Of a DNA stretch of 64,000 bases, positions 27,461-37,852 are shown piece after piece. How positions within the stretch are numbered: the stretch's first letter is position 1; the number at the start of each line of letters is the position of its first letter. The translations under genes and the position numbers were made by a program. The stretch covers positions 33,244-97,243 of the forward strand of contig PWJZ01000057.1 in NCBI GenBank assembly GCA_003559855.1, given 5' to 3'. This DNA comes from Bacteroidales bacterium. GTDB taxonomy: Bacteria; Bacteroidota; Bacteroidia; Bacteroidales; UBA7960. A model generated the notes under the pieces. It searched no databases. It saw nothing but the letters and a program-made list of their open reading frames with translations, and was not told the DNA's origin.

Positions 27461-28066
27461 CTACATTTTTTCCCGGTTGCTTTTCAAAATATTGTATAAT
27501 AGTTGTCTTGACCGGAAAAGTTGTGCTTTAACCGTACCAAGCGGTAATTCCAGTTCCTGGCAAATTTCTTCGTAGGATAATTCCTTAAAATACCTCAGTT
27601 CAATAAGTTTGCGGTATCTTGGTTTAAGTTTTTCGACAACTTCACGCATTAATTCAGCTTTCTGATCTTTAATAAACTTTTCTTCGGGGTCGCTTTGTTC
27701 GGCAGCAATTTCCCTTATAGATTTCTGTTCGTCAATTTCTTCGTTTTTTTCACGTGCCAGCACATTCTTCTTTTTCTTGCGTATATGATCAATACAGTTG
27801 TTGGAAGCTATTTTGAAAAGCCATGTGCTGAATGCATAATCAGGGGTATATTGTTTGATATTCTTAAATGCTTTGCCGAAAGCTTCTATGGTCAAATCTT
27901 CAGCATCAATATTGCTGCCGGTCATTTTAAGCAACATAAAATAAATGGTATCCTTATAATAACCCATTAGTTGAGCAAAAGCCTGTTGGTTGCCCTTTTC
28001 TACGGCATCCCTGACAAGCTTATGATCGCGTTGAGCTTTTTCCGTTAATTTTGGATTTACTTCCAT
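27461..28066 (-). CDS. sigma-70 family (ECF-like) RNA polymerase sigma factor
   Basis: 201-aa ORF. Region 2 reads FSTWLFKIASNNCIDHIRKK. The region 4 HTH reads LSYEEICQELELPLGTVKAQLFRSR. The start overlaps the upstream GT2 stop by 10 nt. Confidence 0.9.
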   Translation of the reverse strand: MEVNPKLTEKAQRDHKLVRDAVEKGNQQAFAQLMGYYKDTIYFMLLKMTGSNIDAEDLTIEAFGKAFKNIKQYTPDYAFSTWLFKIASNNCIDHIRKKKKNVLAREKNEEIDEQKSIREIAAEQSDPEEKFIKDQKAELMREVVEKLKPRYRKLIELRYFKELSYEEICQELELPLGTVKAQLFRSRQLLYNILKSNREKM

Positions 28067-29166
28067 TTATTTTTTCCGTATAAAAAACCTGTTATCAATA
28101 TAACCGGATTTAAAAATGCAAAAAATATATCATATATCGGCGAAAATAAAAATAATATCTTTTCATTAAACATTTTCGATGAATAATAATAATTTATCAT
28201 CAATCCTATTGTTCTGATAATGAACAAAATAATACCCCATAGCCAGTATTTTGTGAATAAAAATACCATAATCAAAGATACATAAAACATAAAATGGCTT
28301 ATACCGAAGAGTGCAAGCAAAAATTTATGCTTTTTTTTGTAGTGTTTTCCTGTGGAAAAATGTCTTTTTTTCTGAAAAAACCAACTTTTAAAAGAATTTT
28401 TTGGTACTGAAACCGTAAAACTGTCCGGGTTTGATTCGATGGTTGTATTTTTTCCGGTGGCCATTTGATTGACAAACAAGTCGTCATCGCCAGAAATTGT
28501 GTGGTAGTGCGATGTAAATCCTTTTGCTCTGAAAAAGAGGTCTTTTTTGTATGCCAGGTTTCTGCCTGTACCCATATATGGTAACCCTGCCAGGGCAAAT
28601 GCAAAATAATTCATTGCAATAGACAGCGTATCATATCTTATTAATGAGTTTAAAAATCCCTTATTTTTTTCGTACGCCCCATAGCCTAAAACAATTTCAT
28701 TGTTGCTGGAAATATTTTTTTGCATATTCGTTAACCATGATGACGATGCCGGATAGCAATCGGCATCGGTAAGAACAAGGGTGTTGTGTTTTGCTGATTT
28801 TATTCCTACTGACAAAGGCAGTTTTTTGCCTTTCAGAAAATTAACATTGTGATTAAGATTTATTACTTTCAGATGCGGATATTTTTCTTTGAATTTCTTC
28901 AACAGATCCCTGGTATCGTCGGTTGAACTGTCGTCAACCAATACTACTTCATATTCAGGATATTTTTGTTCCAACAGGGCCGGAAGGTGTTTTTTGAGGT
29001 TTGAATATTCATTTTTTGCACAAATTACTACTGATACAGGATTTAATTTTCCTTTGGCATATGTCGGTTTGTGGAATATAAGCCTGCCGGAAAAAACCCA
29101 CTGATAGATAAATTGCAGCAAAAAACTAAATAAAAATACAGCAAAAACCAACAAGCTCCAATCCAT
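28057..29166 (-). CDS. membrane-anchored GT2 glycosyltransferase
   Basis: Motifs: VSVVICAKNE, VVLVDDSSTDDT, TDADC, plus C-terminal TM helices. I prefer the ATG at 29166 (MDWSLLVFAVFLF...) over the track start at 29229. Confidence 0.8.
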   Translation of the reverse strand: MDWSLLVFAVFLFSFLLQFIYQWVFSGRLIFHKPTYAKGKLNPVSVVICAKNEYSNLKKHLPALLEQKYPEYEVVLVDDSSTDDTRDLLKKFKEKYPHLKVINLNHNVNFLKGKKLPLSVGIKSAKHNTLVLTDADCYPASSSWLTNMQKNISSNNEIVLGYGAYEKNKGFLNSLIRYDTLSIAMNYFAFALAGLPYMGTGRNLAYKKDLFFRAKGFTSHYHTISGDDDLFVNQMATGKNTTIESNPDSFTVSVPKNSFKSWFFQKKRHFSTGKHYKKKHKFLLALFGISHFMFYVSLIMVFLFTKYWLWGIILFIIRTIGLMINYYYSSKMFNEKILFLFSPIYDIFFAFLNPVILITGFLYGKNKWK

Positions 29167-29248
29167 ATTTTTTGAGTTACAGTAAATTATATCCCTTCGT
29201 AACCGGCTTAACTGAAATATGAAATGCAAATAAAGGCAAATAGTTTAA

Positions 29249-30862
29249 TCAGTAATTAATATTAAGCTTACTGAACGTATCATCCTGTATAATTTGCAAT
29301 GCCCGGTTAAAGCTTTCGTTTTCCTGCATGATAATTTGGGTATAAGCACCAAAATCCCAGATATTCCTTGCAATTAGTGCTTTTATTTGATTTTTAAGGT
29401 GAATTATGTGTTCATCCCCATTCTCATATTCTTCCGGGTCTTTTGGCACATCATGCCTGTCGGCATAAGTTACCAGCTCATTTATAATTTCCTCATCCAC
29501 CTCAAATTTGTCTATATAGAGTTCAACTTCGGGATATTTTTCAAGAAGTTCTTGACGATTATTATTTGCATAATCAAAACCGAACGAATTAAGAACTCCG
29601 CTACGATGCAGTTTTGCGTGGAAATCAGATATTCTGTTAGTATCAATTGGAATAAAGAAATCGGGCATTATACCACCTCCTCCGTATACTATTCTATTAT
29701 TGGCGGTTTCGTATTTCAGAGAATCCGGAAAGGTTAATTTTTCGGGGCTGATCAATTCTCCGCTTTCCAGTCTGTTTGCAAGTTCATTGTAATAACTTTC
29801 AATACCTTCTTCATAGGGTTTTTGGATACTTCTTCCGGATGGTGTGTAATACATAGCGGTAGTCAGTCGTATTACCGATCCATCGGGCAGTTCGAATGGC
29901 CTTTGCACCAGCCCTTTACCAAAAGTGCGTCTGCCTACCAACAATCCCCTGTCCCAGTCTTGTACAGCACCCGACAATATCTCACTGGCAGATGCACTCC
30001 CTTCGTTTATCAAAACTACCAGTTTGCCTTCTTTAAAATTGCCTGTTGCCCTCGACTTGAACTCCTGCCTTGGAGTGGCATGGCCTTTAACATATGTTAT
30101 CATTTTATCCCTCTCAAAAAATTCGTTGGTCAAATCTATTGCTACATCAAGGTAGCCGCCTGAATTGTAGTTCAAGTCGAGTATCAGATGTTTCATGCCT
30201 TTGTTTTGCAATTCGTTAAATGCTTTGCGGTATTCCTGCATCGTCGTCCGGGAAAAGCGATTGAGCTTGATATACCCGATATCAGGAGCCGCTATAAACG
30301 CAGCATCAAGGCTGTTTATCGGTATCTTGTCGCGTGTAATGGTGAAATCAAGTATATCCGACACACCGTGCCTTACTATGCCGACATTAACCTTTGAACC
30401 TTTTTCACCACGCAATTTATTCTGTACATACGTGTTGTTGATCAAACCGCCGGTAGAATTTTCACCGTCTATTTTTACTATACGGTCGCCTGGCATAATA
30501 CCTACTTTCTCCGACGGACCCCCCGGAATAGGTGATATTACAACAATAGTGTCCCTTATAATGTTAAACTGTATGCCTATACCTTCAAAACTGCCAATTA
30601 ATGGCTCGTTTGCCTTCTGAATATCTTCTTTTGAAAGATATACTGAGTGGGGGTCAAGCTCCTTAAGCATACCCCGTATAGCATCTTCAACCAATTCTTC
30701 CTCATCAACTTCCTCAATATAACCCAAACTTATGTACTGAATTGCACGAATGATTTTTAAATGGTTTTCATCTAATTCCTCTTTCTGGGCATTGACATGA
30801 ATTGAAGCAAATAGAAAACCGATTATGAAAATCAAACTGAGAAAAACTTTGTTACGTTTCAT
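29249..30862 (-). CDS. S41 family carboxy-terminal processing peptidase
   Basis: 537-aa ORF with a signal peptide, a PDZ region (GIMPGDRIVKIDG), the nucleophile motif NEGSASASEI and the TFGKG lysine motif. Confidence 0.9.
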   Translation of the reverse strand: MKRNKVFLSLIFIIGFLFASIHVNAQKEELDENHLKIIRAIQYISLGYIEEVDEEELVEDAIRGMLKELDPHSVYLSKEDIQKANEPLIGSFEGIGIQFNIIRDTIVVISPIPGGPSEKVGIMPGDRIVKIDGENSTGGLINNTYVQNKLRGEKGSKVNVGIVRHGVSDILDFTITRDKIPINSLDAAFIAAPDIGYIKLNRFSRTTMQEYRKAFNELQNKGMKHLILDLNYNSGGYLDVAIDLTNEFFERDKMITYVKGHATPRQEFKSRATGNFKEGKLVVLINEGSASASEILSGAVQDWDRGLLVGRRTFGKGLVQRPFELPDGSVIRLTTAMYYTPSGRSIQKPYEEGIESYYNELANRLESGELISPEKLTFPDSLKYETANNRIVYGGGGIMPDFFIPIDTNRISDFHAKLHRSGVLNSFGFDYANNNRQELLEKYPEVELYIDKFEVDEEIINELVTYADRHDVPKDPEEYENGDEHIIHLKNQIKALIARNIWDFGAYTQIIMQENESFNRALQIIQDDTFSKLNINY

Positions 30863-31024
30863 TTTTCCTGATTTTATTAATTATTTTTTAATTCTATTAT
30901 CAAACTGAAAACATTTATCAATATAACCACAAAATGCAGACCAATATTATATTGTTACATCTAACCGTTTTCAAAAAAAAAACAAACATTCAAAAATACT
31001 TTGAAGTGTTGAGCATATATATTG

Positions 31025-31032
31025 CAAAGATA
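31025..31032 (-). promoter_or_regulatory. candidate -7 box TATCTTTG for the ctp-GT2-sigma operon
   Basis: Exact TAnnTTTG on the minus strand, but 163 nt upstream of the ATG at 30862. Confidence 0.3.
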
Positions 31033-31109
31033 GCGATTTTTGGTTGTCCGGGCTTCAGTTATTTAGGAAAACTAAGTAATTACTATTTAAAAAATTAAAA
31101 AACAATTTG

Positions 31110-31117
31110 TAACTTTG
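31110..31117 (+). promoter_or_regulatory. -7 box TAACTTTG upstream of the rhomboid protease gene
   Basis: Exact TAnnTTTG, 36-57 nt upstream of the candidate starts. Confidence 0.45.
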
Positions 31118-31152
31118 TCATTTTAAAGGGTTTAATCTAAAAAAATAACACT

Positions 31153-31929
31153 TTGAGCGAAGAAAAACAATTTATGAATAAAGATGTTGAAGAAGAGAAA
31201 AGATTTTTTGTTCGATCTTTATCATACGGATTGGTTATTGTTTGTTTAATTTGGTTTGTTAAGCTTTTTGAAATTATTATCGGCGCGAAGCTTTCTTTTC
31301 TTGGTGTTTATCCTCAGTCTTTAAAAGGGTTGCCGGGCATATTTTTTTCGCCTTTAATCCATGGCGACTTTTCTCATTTGATATCCAATACCTTACCCAT
31401 ATTTATTCTTACGGCAATGCTGTTTTATTTTTATAACAGGATTGGGCTTCGTGTTTTGGTTTTGATCTGGCTGATAGGCAACATCTGGTTGTGGGTGATA
31501 GGGCGGGAGTCGTATCATATTGGTGCCAGCGGTGTAATATACGGGATGGCTGCTTTTTTGTTCGTAAGCGGTATTATCAGGCGGCATCATCGTTTAATGG
31601 CAATATCATTGCTGATTGCCTTTCTATACGGGGGTATGATATGGGGTATATTGCCGATAAGGGAGGGCGTGTCATGGGAAGGGCACCTTACGGGAATGCT
31701 GGCAGGAATAGTACTTGCCTTTTTCTACAGGAAAGAAGGACCGCAACGTAAATTATATGATTGGGAACTGGAAGATGACGAAAATGATGAAGATGAGCTG
31801 ATAGAGGGTAAAACACTGGAAGAATGGGATGAATACTTTGACCGGCAGACTGAAAAACGAAGAAAGAAACCAAAACCTGGAACGAAGGTCAAATATATTT
31901 ATAAGCCTAAAAAGGATTCGGAGGAGTAA
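31153..31929 (+). CDS. rhomboid family intramembrane serine protease
   Basis: Motifs: HGDFSHL, HIGASGVIYG (catalytic Ser), EGHLTGMLAG (catalytic His). The TTG at 31153 or the ATG at 31174 could be the true start. Confidence 0.85.
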   Translation: MSEEKQFMNKDVEEEKRFFVRSLSYGLVIVCLIWFVKLFEIIIGAKLSFLGVYPQSLKGLPGIFFSPLIHGDFSHLISNTLPIFILTAMLFYFYNRIGLRVLVLIWLIGNIWLWVIGRESYHIGASGVIYGMAAFLFVSGIIRRHHRLMAISLLIAFLYGGMIWGILPIREGVSWEGHLTGMLAGIVLAFFYRKEGPQRKLYDWELEDDENDEDELIEGKTLEEWDEYFDRQTEKRRKKPKPGTKVKYIYKPKKDSEE

Positions 31930-31958
31930 GAAATGAAACGGTTGTTAAATTTTCGGAG

Positions 31959-31993
31959 GCCGGCAACCGGCAATTTGTAACCTGCCGTTGATG
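31959..31993. repeat. degenerate 7-nt-period tandem repeat (AACCGGC family, 5 units)
   Basis: ggccggc aaccggc aatttgt aacctgc cgttgat. Confidence 0.6.
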
Positions 31994-32050
31994 ATTCAAA
32001 GAAATGGAATGAATAAAATAATTGCTGTTTAAAAATTGAACTTTGGGTGC

Positions 32051-32497
32051 TTAGATCCTGTCGCGTTCAATCTCACGCTTTATATCTTTTTTCTTGATAT
32101 CCTGACGTTTGTCATATACTTTCTTGCCTTTTGCCAGGGCTATTTCAAGTTTTGCAAGTCCTTTGTCATTTATAAACAGTAAGGTAGGTATTATGGTAAA
32201 TCCTTTTTCTGTTACTTTGGTTTCAAGTTTTTTCAGTTCACGCCTGGTAAGCAATAGTTTGCGCTCGCGCTTCGGATCATGGTTATTATATGTGCCGTAA
32301 TTATACTCCGCTATATGCATATTCCTGACAAATAACTCACCGGCTTCAAAACTGCAATAAGCCTCCTTAATACTTGCCTTGCCATTGCGTATCGATTTTA
32401 TCTCCGTGCCCGTCAATACCATGCCGGCCACAAACTTCTCCTGCAAATGATACTCAAAAGAAGCCTTTTTGTTTTTAATCTTTATATTGTTTGACAT
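32051..32497 (-). CDS. smpB: SsrA-binding protein
   Basis: 148-aa [11 protein letters not shown]...GTEIKSIR...[19 protein letters not shown] and a basic C-terminal tail. Confidence 0.95.
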   Translation of the reverse strand: MSNNIKIKNKKASFEYHLQEKFVAGMVLTGTEIKSIRNGKASIKEAYCSFEAGELFVRNMHIAEYNYGTYNNHDPKRERKLLLTRRELKKLETKVTEKGFTIIPTLLFINDKGLAKLEIALAKGKKVYDKRQDIKKKDIKREIERDRI

Positions 32498-32524
32498 ACT
32501 TTAATCTCAGGTTTTTCGGAAATG

Positions 32525-32532
32525 CAAAGGTA
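32525..32532 (-). promoter_or_regulatory. -7 box TACCTTTG upstream of smpB
   Basis: Exact TAnnTTTG on the minus strand, 28 nt upstream of the ATG at 32497. Confidence 0.5.
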
Positions 32533-32845
32533 TAAAAAAGAAAGAAGAATTGTTTTGTTGTCATAATACATACCCGCACAACAGCTCATTGGTTGTAAAA
32601 TAACCGGATTAATAAATGGTTTGAACATTTTACTTTTGCAGTTGCCGGATTTCAGGACCCAATATTACTATATACGCAGCATTTTGCCGTTAACAGTGGC
32701 AAAGATCTCAAAAAACAAAAAATAATAAAAATTGAATAATTTTATTTACAATGAAAAAATAAATTATGAAAATTTAAAAGATAAACCTTTTCATAAGACT
32801 GCTTAAAACAATTTTGTTTTTTCTTGATTAATTCAGAAAATAAAT

Positions 32846-32853
32846 TACTTTTG
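32846..32853 (+). promoter_or_regulatory. -7 box TACTTTTG upstream of the DUF2795 gene
   Basis: Exact TAnnTTTG, 26 nt upstream of the ATG at 32879. Confidence 0.5.
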
Positions 32854-32878
32854 CAAAAAAAAATAAACCTTAATTCAT

Positions 32879-33100
32879 ATGTATTGGACACTTGAATTAG
32901 CTTCTAAGCTTGAAGATGCACCTTGGCCTGCAACTAAAGAGGAGCTGATCGATTACGCTCTCAGATCAGGAGCACCAATGGAGGTCATCGAAAATCTTCA
33001 GGAAATTGAAGACGAGGGTGATGTGTATGAAAGTATTGAAGACATTTGGCCCGATTATCCTACTAAGGATGATTTCTTCTTTCACGAAGATGAGTATTAA
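32879..33100 (+). CDS. DUF2795 domain protein
   Basis: 73-aa ORF. WPATKEELIDYALRSGAPMEVIENLQEI matches the DUF2795 pattern. It has its own TACTTTTG box upstream and a strong terminator downstream. Confidence 0.7.
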   Translation: MYWTLELASKLEDAPWPATKEELIDYALRSGAPMEVIENLQEIEDEGDVYESIEDIWPDYPTKDDFFFHEDEY

Positions 33101-33130
33101 TGGTTGAATTAAAAAAAATAATTATCAGAT

Positions 33131-33156
33131 AAGAGCCGGTTAAACCGGCTCTTTTA
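33131..33156 (+). terminator. rho-independent terminator downstream of the DUF2795 gene
   Basis: AAGAGCCGGTT-A-AACCGGCTCTT (9-11 bp stem) is followed by TT(A)AT and ends in CTTTT. Confidence 0.8.
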
Positions 33157-33366
33157 ATATTAAAATTTGGGTTAAATTTGCTTTTTGATTTAAATATATT
33201 TGTAATTTTCCTGTTAACTCTGTTGTTTTTTAGTTGCTCATACCTTTTGTCCTTTACCTTGTTGCTGATTAACGTTTTTTTATATGAAAAGAAAGAAACA
33301 TCCAATATATTCGTTTGTTCAGTAAATGATTATAATTTGCCATATTGAAATACTGATAAAAATATT

Positions 33367-36300
33367 ATGTTACAATTAGTTCAAAAATTTTTCGGAAATA
33401 AGCAAGACAAGGATTTTCGTGAAATACATCCGTTGTATGAAAAGATCCATGAAGCTTATGATAGCATTAAGGAGCTTGACAATGATCAGCTTCGTGCCAA
33501 GACGGATGAATTCAGGAAGGTCATAAAAGATCATATTCGAATGGAGGAGGATACGATAAATGATCTCAAGGATATGGCAGAAGGTAATTACGAGATGGAT
33601 CCTGAAGAAAAAAGGAAGATTTATGATCAGATTGATGAGCTGGAGAAGGTAATTACTTCCAAAACCGATGAAATTCTTGAAAAGATATTGCCTGAGGCTT
33701 TTGCTGTTGTTAAAGAGACAGCCCGGAGGTTCAAGGAAAATGATGAGGTGGTGGCCACCTCAACCGATTTTGACAGGAATCTTGCCGCTACACGGAGTAA
33801 TATTGATATCAAAGGAGATAAGGTGGTATATAAAAATCAATGGATGGCCGGCGGTAATATGATAACCTGGGATATGGTCCATTATGATGTTCAGCTTATC
33901 GGGGGTATACATCTGCATAAGGGTAAAATTGCAGAAATGGCTACAGGCGAAGGGAAAACCGTAGTAGCTACTTTGCCTGTATATTTGAATGCACTGCCAG
34001 GCAAAGGAGTTCATATTGTTACGGTCAACGATTATCTTGCCAAACGTGATTCGGAGTGGATGGGGATGCTTTATGAGTTTCACGGACTTAGGGTTGACTG
34101 TATTGACAAGCATGAGCCCAATTCGGAAGAGCGCAGGAATGCTTACAGGGCGGATGTTACTTATGGCACCAACAACGAGTTTGGTTTTGATTATTTGCGT
34201 GACAACATGGCTCGTAATCCCGCCGAACTGGTGCAACGCCCGCATAACTACGTTATTGTAGACGAAGTTGACTCGGTATTGATTGACGATGCACGAACGC
34301 CATTAATTATATCAGGACCAACCCCGCAAGGTGAAAAACATGAGTTTCACCTCATGAAACCCAAAGTAGAAAAACTTGTCAGCGCACAACGGAATCTTGT
34401 AAACAACCTCTTGACCGAAGCACGTCGGCTGCTTTTACCAAAAGAAGGTGAACCCGACGAAAAAAAAGGCGGAGAACTGTTGCTGAGATGTCACCGGGGT
34501 TTACCGAAAAATAAAGCGTTGATTAAACTGCTTTCCGAACCCGGAATTAAAACTATACTGCAAAAAACCGAAAACTTATATATGCAGGAACAGGGTAAGA
34601 ATATGCATATTATCGATGATGAATTATATTTTGTGATAGAAGAAAAGAATAATGTCATAGAGCTTACCGATAAAGGTATTGACTTGATTACCAGCGACAG
34701 CGACGACCCGGAGTTTTTCATACTGCCCGATATTGGCGCCGAGATGGCTGAACTGGAAAAATCAAACCTTGATGCGCAAAAGAAGCTTGAAAAGAAAAAC
34801 AGGATATTAAATGATTTTTCCGTAAAATCGGAGAGGATACATACCATAAACCAGTTATTAAAAGCCTGCACTTTGTTTGAAAAAGACACCGAGTATGTTA
34901 TAATGGACAACAAAGTGAAAATAGTTGACGAACAGACCGGTCGTATTCTTGAAGGGAGGCGCTATTCCGACGGACTCCATCAGGCTATTGAAGCAAAAGA
35001 GAATGTGAAAGTGGAAGCGTCAACACAAACTTATGCCACTATAACGCTGCAGAACTATTTCCGCATGTATGAGAAACTTGCCGGGATGACAGGTACGGCT
35101 GAAACCGAAGCCGGAGAATTCTGGAACATCTATAAGCTTGATGTTGTGGTAATTCCGACTCATAAGCCTGTAATACGTATTGACAAGGAGGATCTTGTTT
35201 ACAGGACTAAACGTGAAAAATATAATTCGGTGATAGAAGAAATATCGGATTTGATAAGCAACGGCAGGCCTGTTCTTGTTGGAACCACATCTGTTGAGAT
35301 TTCGGAGCTTTTAAGCAAGATGCTCAAATTGCGTAAGATAAAACACAACATTTTAAATGCAAAGCATCATCAGCGGGAAGCACAGGTTGTTGCGGAAGCC
35401 GGTATTGCCGGCAATGTCACGATAGCTACCAACATGGCAGGTCGTGGTACTGACATCAAGCTGGGAACGGGTGTCAGGGAAGCCGGTGGTTTGGCAATAG
35501 TTGGCACGGAAAGGCATGAATCGAGAAGGGTAGACCGGCAGCTCAGAGGACGTGCAGGAAGACAAGGTGACCCCGGCACTTCACAGTTTTTTGTATCACT
35601 GGAAGATGACCTGATGAGGGTGTTCGGTTCTGACAGGATCTCACGTATAATGGACAGATTAGGAATACAGGAAGGAGAAGTTATCCAGCATTCGATGATC
35701 ACAAAATCAATCGAAAGAGCACAGAGAAAAGTGGAGGAAAACCATTTCGGTGTCCGTAAACGTTTGCTGGAATATGATGACGTTATGAATGCCCAGCGTG
35801 AAGTTATATATACCAAAAGACGAAATGCACTGTTTGGTGAAAGACTTGCCGTTGACCTGGCTAACATGATGTTTGATGTTTGCGAGCAGCTTGTCGGAGA
35901 CTATCGCGATGCACTTGACTATGAGGGATTTAAATTTGAACTCATACGTACATTCGGCTTTGAACCGCCTTTTTCCGAAGACGAATTTATCGAAAACAGA
36001 CTCGATGACCTGACCAACCAGCTCTATAGCGTTGCTACGAGAGAATATAAAGAAAAAAGCGATTTGATAGCACAAATGGCATTGCCCGTTGTGAAGGAAG
36101 TATATGAAAATGCAGGCGATAAATACCAAAATATTGCAGTGCCTGTATCGGATGGAGTGAAAACCCTTAATGTGCTGGCTAATCTACAAAAATCATATGA
36201 AACAGAAGGTCGTGAAATATCACTGGCTATTGAAAAGGGCATTACTCTTGCCATTATGGACAATTCATGGAAGGAGCATCTAAGGGAGATGGACGACCTT

Positions 36301-36654
36301 AAACAATCGGTACAACATGCTGTTTACGAACAAAAAGACCCGTTGCTGATCTACAAATTCGAATCCTTTGAGCTTTTCAACCAGATGCTTTTGAAGATCA
36401 ACAAGGAGGTTATATCGTTTTTGGTAAAAGCCCGTTTGCCTATCAAGGATCCGAGCCAGGTAACACATGTTGAGGGACCCCAGAAAACCGATATGAGCAA
36501 GCTGCAAACCGGCAGGACTGATTTTGCGGCGGGAGGACCCCGTCAGGGACAAAAAAAAGCCGAACCGGTCAGAGTTGAAAAGAAGACAGGCCGTAATGAA
36601 CCTTGCCCTTGCGGAAGCGGTAAGAAGTATAAACACTGCCATGGAAGAAATTAA
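33367..36654 (+). CDS. secA: preprotein translocase ATPase SecA
   Basis: 1095-aa ORF. Walker A is MATGEGKT, the DEAD-like motif is [20 protein letters not shown], and the C-terminal zinc finger is [14 protein letters not shown]. Confidence 0.97.
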   Translation: MLQLVQKFFGNKQDKDFREIHPLYEKIHEAYDSIKELDNDQLRAKTDEFRKVIKDHIRMEEDTINDLKDMAEGNYEMDPEEKRKIYDQIDELEKVITSKTDEILEKILPEAFAVVKETARRFKENDEVVATSTDFDRNLAATRSNIDIKGDKVVYKNQWMAGGNMITWDMVHYDVQLIGGIHLHKGKIAEMATGEGKTVVATLPVYLNALPGKGVHIVTVNDYLAKRDSEWMGMLYEFHGLRVDCIDKHEPNSEERRNAYRADVTYGTNNEFGFDYLRDNMARNPAELVQRPHNYVIVDEVDSVLIDDARTPLIISGPTPQGEKHEFHLMKPKVEKLVSAQRNLVNNLLTEARRLLLPKEGEPDEKKGGELLLRCHRGLPKNKALIKLLSEPGIKTILQKTENLYMQEQGKNMHIIDDELYFVIEEKNNVIELTDKGIDLITSDSDDPEFFILPDIGAEMAELEKSNLDAQKKLEKKNRILNDFSVKSERIHTINQLLKACTLFEKDTEYVIMDNKVKIVDEQTGRILEGRRYSDGLHQAIEAKENVKVEASTQTYATITLQNYFRMYEKLAGMTGTAETEAGEFWNIYKLDVVVIPTHKPVIRIDKEDLVYRTKREKYNSVIEEISDLISNGRPVLVGTTSVEISELLSKMLKLRKIKHNILNAKHHQREAQVVAEAGIAGNVTIATNMAGRGTDIKLGTGVREAGGLAIVGTERHESRRVDRQLRGRAGRQGDPGTSQFFVSLEDDLMRVFGSDRISRIMDRLGIQEGEVIQHSMITKSIERAQRKVEENHFGVRKRLLEYDDVMNAQREVIYTKRRNALFGERLAVDLANMMFDVCEQLVGDYRDALDYEGFKFELIRTFGFEPPFSEDEFIENRLDDLTNQLYSVATREYKEKSDLIAQMALPVVKEVYENAGDKYQNIAVPVSDGVKTLNVLANLQKSYETEGREISLAIEKGITLAIMDNSWKEHLREMDDLKQSVQHAVYEQKDPLLIYKFESFELFNQMLLKINKEVISFLVKARLPIKDPSQVTHVEGPQKTDMSKLQTGRTDFAAGGPRQGQKKAEPVRVEKKTGRNEPCPCGSGKKYKHCHGRN

Positions 36655-36785
36655 TCTCATAATGTTAACGTGTAATTGCACACATAGGTGACGTTTTACC
36701 AGCCCGAAAAGATCAAAGCAAGTGGCAAATGTCAAAAACGGTGATCAAAACAAGCAAACGGCGATATATCATACAGCAACATTAT

Positions 36786-37655
36786 TTACCGGGCTGAATA
36801 ACCGGCGATTGTCAACTTGCAACCATAGTAGCTTTCCGCCATATTCTTCAGATATTCTTCCTTTCTAAAATCAATTTCCGATCCCAGCAGGCTGTGCGGT
36901 ATAAGATAAATTATCAGCGTTACAGCTGCCGCTACAATGACCCATGTGCGGTGTCTGGGGTTTTTCCAAACCGCAATTGTTGCAACCACCCAAAAGATAA
37001 AAGCCACGGCAGTTTTGTTGTCGGTAAGGTCGGTTCCAAATGGCCATCCTGTCCAAAATTCACCAAAGGCATACTTTTGCATTATTGGTCCGAATATCAG
37101 GCCACCCATTATGAGAGTGATAATTGCGGCATATGTCATCCACCGTATTCCGTTGCCGCCTCTTATTGCTTCAATACCGGCACGGGCAGAAAAAACCATG
37201 GCCAAAAACATCAGCAGTATATGAGGCATAACTGCCCACCCCGGCACCTGGCCCCTGAAACGGATGATTACCGGTTCTTCGGTCAGCTCTACACTTGAAT
37301 CAGAATCATATAATGTGATAAGGTATTTTACCTTCCCCGCTGCAGGCTGATGTGGTATGTATGCAATCAGAGTATCTCCGTGTCGTATCAATGAAGCAAC
37401 TATCCATTCATCATAGCTGGGATATCTTTTATACCTGAATGACCCTTTTATTTCTTCACAGGGTACTTCAATGATAACGGGGGCATCATCACCACCGTCA
37501 TAAGACCTTATAAGCCTGTAGCTTATATCATGTTTGTTTAACTCCACATTACCCCTGACAGGATATGTCGGCCCCGTCGTACGCTGATAAACAAAGCTTA
37601 ACGTTGTAATAACTATGGCAATCAGCCAGAAAATAACGTTTAAGTATGTTTTCAT
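36786..37655 (-). CDS. hypothetical membrane protein (N-terminal TM anchor, about 120-aa extracytoplasmic domain, 4-5 C-terminal TM helices)
   Basis: 289-aa ORF with strong hydrophobic segments. No recognisable motif. Confidence 0.6.
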   Translation of the reverse strand: MKTYLNVIFWLIAIVITTLSFVYQRTTGPTYPVRGNVELNKHDISYRLIRSYDGGDDAPVIIEVPCEEIKGSFRYKRYPSYDEWIVASLIRHGDTLIAYIPHQPAAGKVKYLITLYDSDSSVELTEEPVIIRFRGQVPGWAVMPHILLMFLAMVFSARAGIEAIRGGNGIRWMTYAAIITLIMGGLIFGPIMQKYAFGEFWTGWPFGTDLTDNKTAVAFIFWVVATIAVWKNPRHRTWVIVAAAVTLIIYLIPHSLLGSEIDFRKEEYLKNMAESYYGCKLTIAGYSAR

Positions 37656-37852
37656 CTTTTCTGTTTTTTTGAAATGTGATAATATAATAATGAGTAAATA
37701 TGATCAAGTGCCAATTTCAGCAGGCAGCCTTTGGTAACTAGCTGGCAGTTTACAACCCGGTTAATCTCACTGCTTTTTTCTGCGGGGTAGTAAAGGAACA
37801 TGACACCTCAACAACCCCAAACGTCAACCCTCTTACCAATAACTCTTCAAAT

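Noticed and set aside
30934-31101. 55-codon plus-strand ORF (MQTNIILLHL...) in the ctp/rhomboid divergent gap.
   Set aside because: It is below the track threshold, has AT-rich composition and no upstream -7 box at a sensible distance. It overlaps the candidate minus-strand promoter box for the ctp operon.
32498-32878. Possible tmRNA (ssrA) next to smpB.
   Set aside because: No tRNA-like acceptor/T-arm sequence (GGTTCGA.TCC...CCA type) and no tag-peptide reading frame ending in a typical ...AA stop context is visible on either strand.
33063-33305. 80-aa minus-strand ORF between the DUF2795 gene and secA.
   Set aside because: It overlaps the DUF2795 3' end and a strong plus-strand terminator hairpin. 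The translation is lysine/asparagine-rich, as expected from AT-rich DNA.
33760-35867. Long antisense ORFs inside secA (33760-34245 at 161 aa, 34491-34913 at 140 aa, 35370-35867 at 165 aa). Similar antisense ORFs lie inside hutH, hutU, the amidohydrolases, the trehalose genes and the GH3 fusion.
   Set aside because: All are fully embedded antisense to CDSs with unmistakable conserved motifs. Their translations are low-complexity (S/L/I-rich) with no motifs. This is the expected frame shadow of long genes.
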